Source of the DNA: a virus
Reading direction: 5' to 3' (one strand)
DNA length: 64,000 bases
IMG/VR virus record: IMGVR_UViG_3300046387_001332
This document shows, in pieces, positions 59,960-64,000 of this stretch. How positions within the stretch are numbered: the stretch's first letter is position 1; each line of letters begins with the position of its first letter. Made by a program: the position numbers and the translations under genes. A model generated the notes under the pieces. That model was not told the DNA's origin, searched no databases, and saw nothing but the letters and a program-made list of their open reading frames with translations.

Positions 59960-61300
59960 ATGAGTAAATTACTTAAAGAAGCTATTGCTGATGCGAAAGC
60001 AGTTCGTGAGACAGCCCTTGCCAACGCAAGACTTGCCCTCGAAGAAGCATTCGCACCACGTTTGCAAAGTATGCTTACCAAGAAACTCAGAGAAGAAGAA
60101 TTAGAATTAGACGACGAAGAATCAGAAGACGAAGTTTCTGATGAAGTTGAAGAAGGTTCTTACTCCGAAGATGACGAGGAAGTAGATATTGCAGATGAAG
60201 CACCAGAAGAAGAACCCGCTGAAGAAGAAGCACCTGCTGAAGAAGCACCTGCTGAAGACGAAGTAGGGGGAGACGAAGAAATTGCTGACGAAATCGAAGA
60301 TCTTGAAGGAGACGACGAAGAAGCAGTTGAAGAAGATTCATTTGACCTTGATACTATTATTAGGGAACTTGAGCAAGAAATTGAAGAAGGTTCATACTCT
60401 GAGGAAGACGACGAGGTGGAACTTGATGAAGCATCATGTTCAGAAGACGATGAAGACGAAGCAATTGAAGAATCCGAAGAATCCGAAGAATCCGAAGAAG
60501 AAGAAGCAGTTGAAGAGCAATCTAAATCATCTGAACTTGGAAAAGGTGGAGACGAACACGTAGTTGTTGCTGATAGTGACGACGAAGAACTTCCTGCTGG
60601 AACCGAGACTGTTGCTGGTGAACCAGGAACCGAAGGTGAAGAAGAAAAAGTTGCCGAAATTGACGAAGAAATTGATATTGAAATTGTTGAAGAATCCGAA
60701 GAATCCGAAGAATCTGAAGAATCTGAAGAAGAAGAAGCAGTTGAAGAATCAGTTGAAGGGTCAGACGAAGATGAAGAAGACGAAGAAATCAATCTTGAAG
60801 AAATCCTCAGAGAACTTGAGGAAGAAACCAATATTGAGGACGAAGAAGAAGAATCATCTGACGTTTCCGAACTTAAAAGTGCCAACGAAAAACTTCAAAA
60901 AGAAAATGATGAATACCGCAAAGTTTATAAATTTTTGCGAGGTAAGTTAAATGAAGTAAATCTCCTTAATGCAAAGTTACTTTACACAAATAAGTTGTTT
61001 AAGAAACACGCACTAAGTGAAGATCAAAAGTTGAAAGTCGTAGAAAGTTTTGACCTTACGAAGAATGTTCGCGAAGCAAAATTGGTATACGCAACACTTG
61101 GAGAGAGTTTTAGAACTCAAGCAACTGAAGTAGTGGAAGAATCAAAGTCTGCTCCTAAAAAGAAAAAGACAGAAAAGAATCCATTGACAGAAGGTATTGC
61201 ATCCAAGGCAATCAAATCAACAAAACCCTCCAAGAAGATTTTATCTGAAGGCAACGAACTTGCTGACAGATTCAAGAAACTTGCAGGCATTAAATCATAA
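59960..61300 (+). CDS. Prohead scaffolding/core protein (gp22-like)
   Basis: LLKEAIADAKAVRETA N-terminus, very acidic middle, LNEVNLLNAKLLYTNKL, C-terminal RFKKLAGI; directly precedes the major capsid gene; SD AAGGA. Confidence 0.85.
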   Translation: MSKLLKEAIADAKAVRETALANARLALEEAFAPRLQSMLTKKLREEELELDDEESEDEVSDEVEEGSYSEDDEEVDIADEAPEEEPAEEEAPAEEAPAEDEVGGDEEIADEIEDLEGDDEEAVEEDSFDLDTIIRELEQEIEEGSYSEEDDEVELDEASCSEDDEDEAIEESEESEESEEEEAVEEQSKSSELGKGGDEHVVVADSDDEELPAGTETVAGEPGTEGEEEKVAEIDEEIDIEIVEESEESEESEESEEEEAVEESVEGSDEDEEDEEINLEEILRELEEETNIEDEEEESSDVSELKSANEKLQKENDEYRKVYKFLRGKLNEVNLLNAKLLYTNKLFKKHALSEDQKLKVVESFDLTKNVREAKLVYATLGESFRTQATEVVEESKSAPKKKKTEKNPLTEGIASKAIKSTKPSKKILSEGNELADRFKKLAGIKS

Positions 61301-61333
61301 CAAAAATTCAAATTATATTGAGGATAAATTAAA

Positions 61334-62791
61334 ATGAGTGAAATCAGTAAATTATTAAAGGAAAGTAGCAACCCTCAAGAACGTCTTATGGCAGAAACCC
61401 GTGGTTTGGTAAACAAATGGGAAAAAACAGGACTTCTTGAAGGAATTTCTACTGACACAGAAAAGAGTGGTATGTCCATTCTTTTAGAAAACCAAGCAAA
61501 GCAGTTGATCGACGAAGCAACACGCACAGGTACTTCTTCTGGATCAGAAGAGTGGAGTGGAGTAGCACTTCCACTTGTACGTCGTGTATTCGCAGAAATC
61601 GCATCAAAGGAATTCGTTTCCGTTCAACCAATGAATCTTCCATCTGGATTGATTTTCTACTTAGACTTTAAGTATGGAACAGCACAATCCCGTCAGGGTA
61701 GTGGAAGTCTCTTCGGTGGATCATCAGACGCAAAACTCGGTTCAACCGACAAAGCAGAAGGTGGTCTCTACGGAGAAGGACGTCATGGTTACTCAATCAA
61801 TGACGTAAGTGTATCATTGGCTGCAACCACCGAGAAAATCACACTTCCAAGTGATGCCGATCTTGATGGTGTTCGTGCATTCCAATTCACAGACTCTGCT
61901 GATAACGTAGTATCAGTTGACGGTGAAGGTAATGTTAAAGGAGCAGCCGACGGAAATGGTACTCTTCAGTACCACAAGAAAACAAAAGACACCACCCGTG
62001 GTGATTTCGAAGACAATGATGTAAACGGAGGAGATTCCGATACAGATACAGGTCTTAGAAAAGATATCGGTATCCCAGAAATCAACTTGGAACTCAAAAG
62101 TGAACCAATCGTTGCTAAAACACGTAAGTTGAAAGCAGTTTGGACACCTGAGTTGGCACAAGACTTGAATGCTTATCATAGTATTGACGCAGAAGCAGAA
62201 TTGACTTCTCTTCTTTCCGAGTACGTTTCAATGGAAATTGATTTGGAAATTCTTGATATGCTTCTTGTTAACGCACATAGCACATCATCATTCGACGCCG
62301 CAACAGATGAATTAACTGGTGGTGAAACGCAAGGAACATACTTCCAACGTCTTGGCACACAAATCCAAGGAATGAGCAACAAAATTCATCAGTTGACTCT
62401 CCGTGGTGGTGCTAACTTCTTGGTATGTTCTCCACAAGTTGCAACAATCATTGAAAGTATTCCAGGATACTCAGCTGACACAGACGGAAATCAGTCTCAG
62501 TTTGCTATGGGAGTTACTAAGGTTGGTGCATTGAACAATCGTTTCCAAGTTTACAAGAACCCATACATGACAAGTGGTGACGTTCTCGTAGGTTTCCGTG
62601 GAACAAACTTCCTCGAAACAGGTGCGGTTTATGCTCCATACATTCCATTGATTCAAACACCATTAGTATACGATCCGGTAAACTTCACACCACGTCGTGG
62701 AGTTATGACTCGTTATGCTAAGAAAATGGTTCGTCCTGAATTCTACGGAAAGATTTCTGTATCAAACTTTGATGGTTACAACCCATCCTAA
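61334..62791 (+). CDS. Major capsid protein (gp23-like)
   Basis: LPLVRRVF, VQPMNLPSGLIFYL, AKTRKLKAVWTPELAQDLNAYH, YAPYIPL, PRRGVMTRYA. Confidence 0.96.
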   Translation: MSEISKLLKESSNPQERLMAETRGLVNKWEKTGLLEGISTDTEKSGMSILLENQAKQLIDEATRTGTSSGSEEWSGVALPLVRRVFAEIASKEFVSVQPMNLPSGLIFYLDFKYGTAQSRQGSGSLFGGSSDAKLGSTDKAEGGLYGEGRHGYSINDVSVSLAATTEKITLPSDADLDGVRAFQFTDSADNVVSVDGEGNVKGAADGNGTLQYHKKTKDTTRGDFEDNDVNGGDSDTDTGLRKDIGIPEINLELKSEPIVAKTRKLKAVWTPELAQDLNAYHSIDAEAELTSLLSEYVSMEIDLEILDMLLVNAHSTSSFDAATDELTGGETQGTYFQRLGTQIQGMSNKIHQLTLRGGANFLVCSPQVATIIESIPGYSADTDGNQSQFAMGVTKVGALNNRFQVYKNPYMTSGDVLVGFRGTNFLETGAVYAPYIPLIQTPLVYDPVNFTPRRGVMTRYAKKMVRPEFYGKISVSNFDGYNPS

Positions 62792-62834
62792 GTTGTACAG
62801 AACTCGTCTTAGTACGAAGTATAACAAAAAATTT

Positions 62835-62867
62835 AAGAGGGGTTCTTTTGAACCCCTCTTTTATTTT
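62835..62867 (+). terminator. Rho-independent terminator after major capsid gene
   Basis: AAGAGGGGTTC-TTTT-GAACCCCTCTT followed by a T-rich tail. Confidence 0.85.
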
Positions 62868-62901
62868 ATAAGATTAACTTTATTGCTTTATATTTATATT
62901 C

Positions 62902-64000
62902 ATGGAAGACGAGCAAACAAATAACGAAAAAGAAAACGACTTGGAAAATGAAAATTATGAACTAGAACGAGTTCGTTGGGAAGGAGAAGTTTCATCACCT
63001 GTGGGTAAGACTCCATTTGGTTTTTTTGATAAAGATGCTGAGTTTGTTTCGTTTGCTCCACGTGCAGCTGATTGGGCAGCCAGAAGATTGGGATACCCTA
63101 TTGTAGATGTTGAGATGATTGATATGCAATTTTATGCTTGCTTTGAAGAAGCAGTGACTGAGTATAGTGCTCAAATTAATCAGTTTTCCATAAAACAAAA
63201 TCTATATTCAATAAAAGGAACTTCAACTAGCATCAATTTAACAACAAGTGTACTGCAAACACAACCATTACCTTTTTATTTAAAATTATCCGAAGCATAT
63301 GGGGCTGAAGTGGGAGTTGGTGGTAATGTAGACTGGAGAAAAGCAAGTCTTGAAGTAAAAGAAGGTGTACAAACATACGATTTACAAGGTTTGTTTAACA
63401 ATTACTATATCGACCCAAAAACGGGTGAAAAGAAAATAGAAAAAATAGAAGTCAAAAGAATCTTTCATCACCCACCACCTGCATTAAATAAAATTTACGA
63501 TCCAATGTCGAATTCAGGAATGTCACATTCTAATATGTTAAACGAGTTTAATTGGTCGGGAATGTCACCAGTTGGTACTCAGTTTTTATTACGTCCTGTG
63601 AATGAGGATCTGATGAGATTGCAAGCAATTGAATTTAACGAGCAAGTACGAAGAAGTGCATACGGATTTGAGATTGTAAATAATAAACTTACAATTTTTC
63701 CTGTTCCCACTAAAGATTTCACATTGTGGTTTGATTATGTATTTAAACGTGAAAGAGACATCGCAGCCGTTCAAGGTTATGTAGATGCAGATGAATTTAA
63801 TGTGATACCAAAAACGCAGACAGAAGTGGTAGAAGAAACTAATCAACAAGTAGTAGTTGATAAAACTGTAAATGGATTAAATCCCGGTGATCCAATTCCA
63901 CAACCTGACAATTATCTAAATGAAACGGTTGATTCTGTAACTGATTTAAGTAATGCTCCTTATCAGTTTCATAGTTTTGGAACAATTAATGATGTAGGAA
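62902..64000 (+). CDS. Neck/head-completion protein (gp13-like), truncated by window edge
   Basis: ATG at 62902; RRLGYPIVDVEMIDMQFYACFEEAVTEY resembles the gp13 N-terminus; open to the window end. Not in the ORF track. Confidence 0.75.
   Translation, partial: MEDEQTNNEKENDLENENYELERVRWEGEVSSPVGKTPFGFFDKDAEFVSFAPRAADWAARRLGYPIVDVEMIDMQFYACFEEAVTEYSAQINQFSIKQNLYSIKGTSTSINLTTSVLQTQPLPFYLKLSEAYGAEVGVGGNVDWRKASLEVKEGVQTYDLQGLFNNYYIDPKTGEKKIEKIEVKRIFHHPPPALNKIYDPMSNSGMSHSNMLNEFNWSGMSPVGTQFLLRPVNEDLMRLQAIEFNEQVRRSAYGFEIVNNKLTIFPVPTKDFTLWFDYVFKRERDIAAVQGYVDADEFNVIPKTQTEVVEETNQQVVVDKTVNGLNPGDPIPQPDNYLNETVDSVTDLSNAPYQFHSFGTINDVG

Noticed and set aside
59056-60950. Ser-rich reverse-strand ORFs (59056..59538, 60160..60885) and Lys-rich alternative-frame ORFs
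   Set aside because: Shadows of GAA/GAC-rich acidic coding sequence; the same applies to the other short ORFs nested within long + strand genes.

Overview
AT-rich, gene-dense 64-kb segment of a large T4-like myovirus genome (Caudoviricetes). All credible genes from 386 onward are on the + strand; one truncated gene diverges on the - strand at the left edge. In order it carries: (i) an accessory/virion block (UVR protein, PhoH, fibre-like structural proteins, GT2, HD hydrolase, Hsp20, a membrane protein, gp55-like sigma factor); (ii) a baseplate block (gp5-like hub/spike, gp25, gp6, a 3414-aa protein, a LamG protein, collar-like paralogs with an FG-GAP propeller and dockerin-like repeats); (iii) RuvC-like resolvase, primase and Mre11/Rad50; (iv) a kinase and a nucleotidyltransferase-ligase fusion; (v) the head module (terminase, portal, core-like proteins, prohead protease, scaffold, major capsid, partial neck). 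Most notable: an Mre11-Rad50 fusion split inside its nuclease domain by a translationally coupled GT9-like gene, with the break apparently bisecting a small DUF4177-like module; an A10 slippery site whose -1 frame adds a mucin-like Thr/Pro/Ser tail to a membrane protein; a recurrent ATATTTAT upstream motif (core is the reverse complement of the T4 late promoter) distributed complementarily to sigma70-type, apparently leaderless promoters; and head-region proteins built from shared helix tags and Glu-delimited peptide modules. Family assignments come from recognising motifs by eye; no database search was run. No tRNA, rRNA, CRISPR array or mobile element was recognised.
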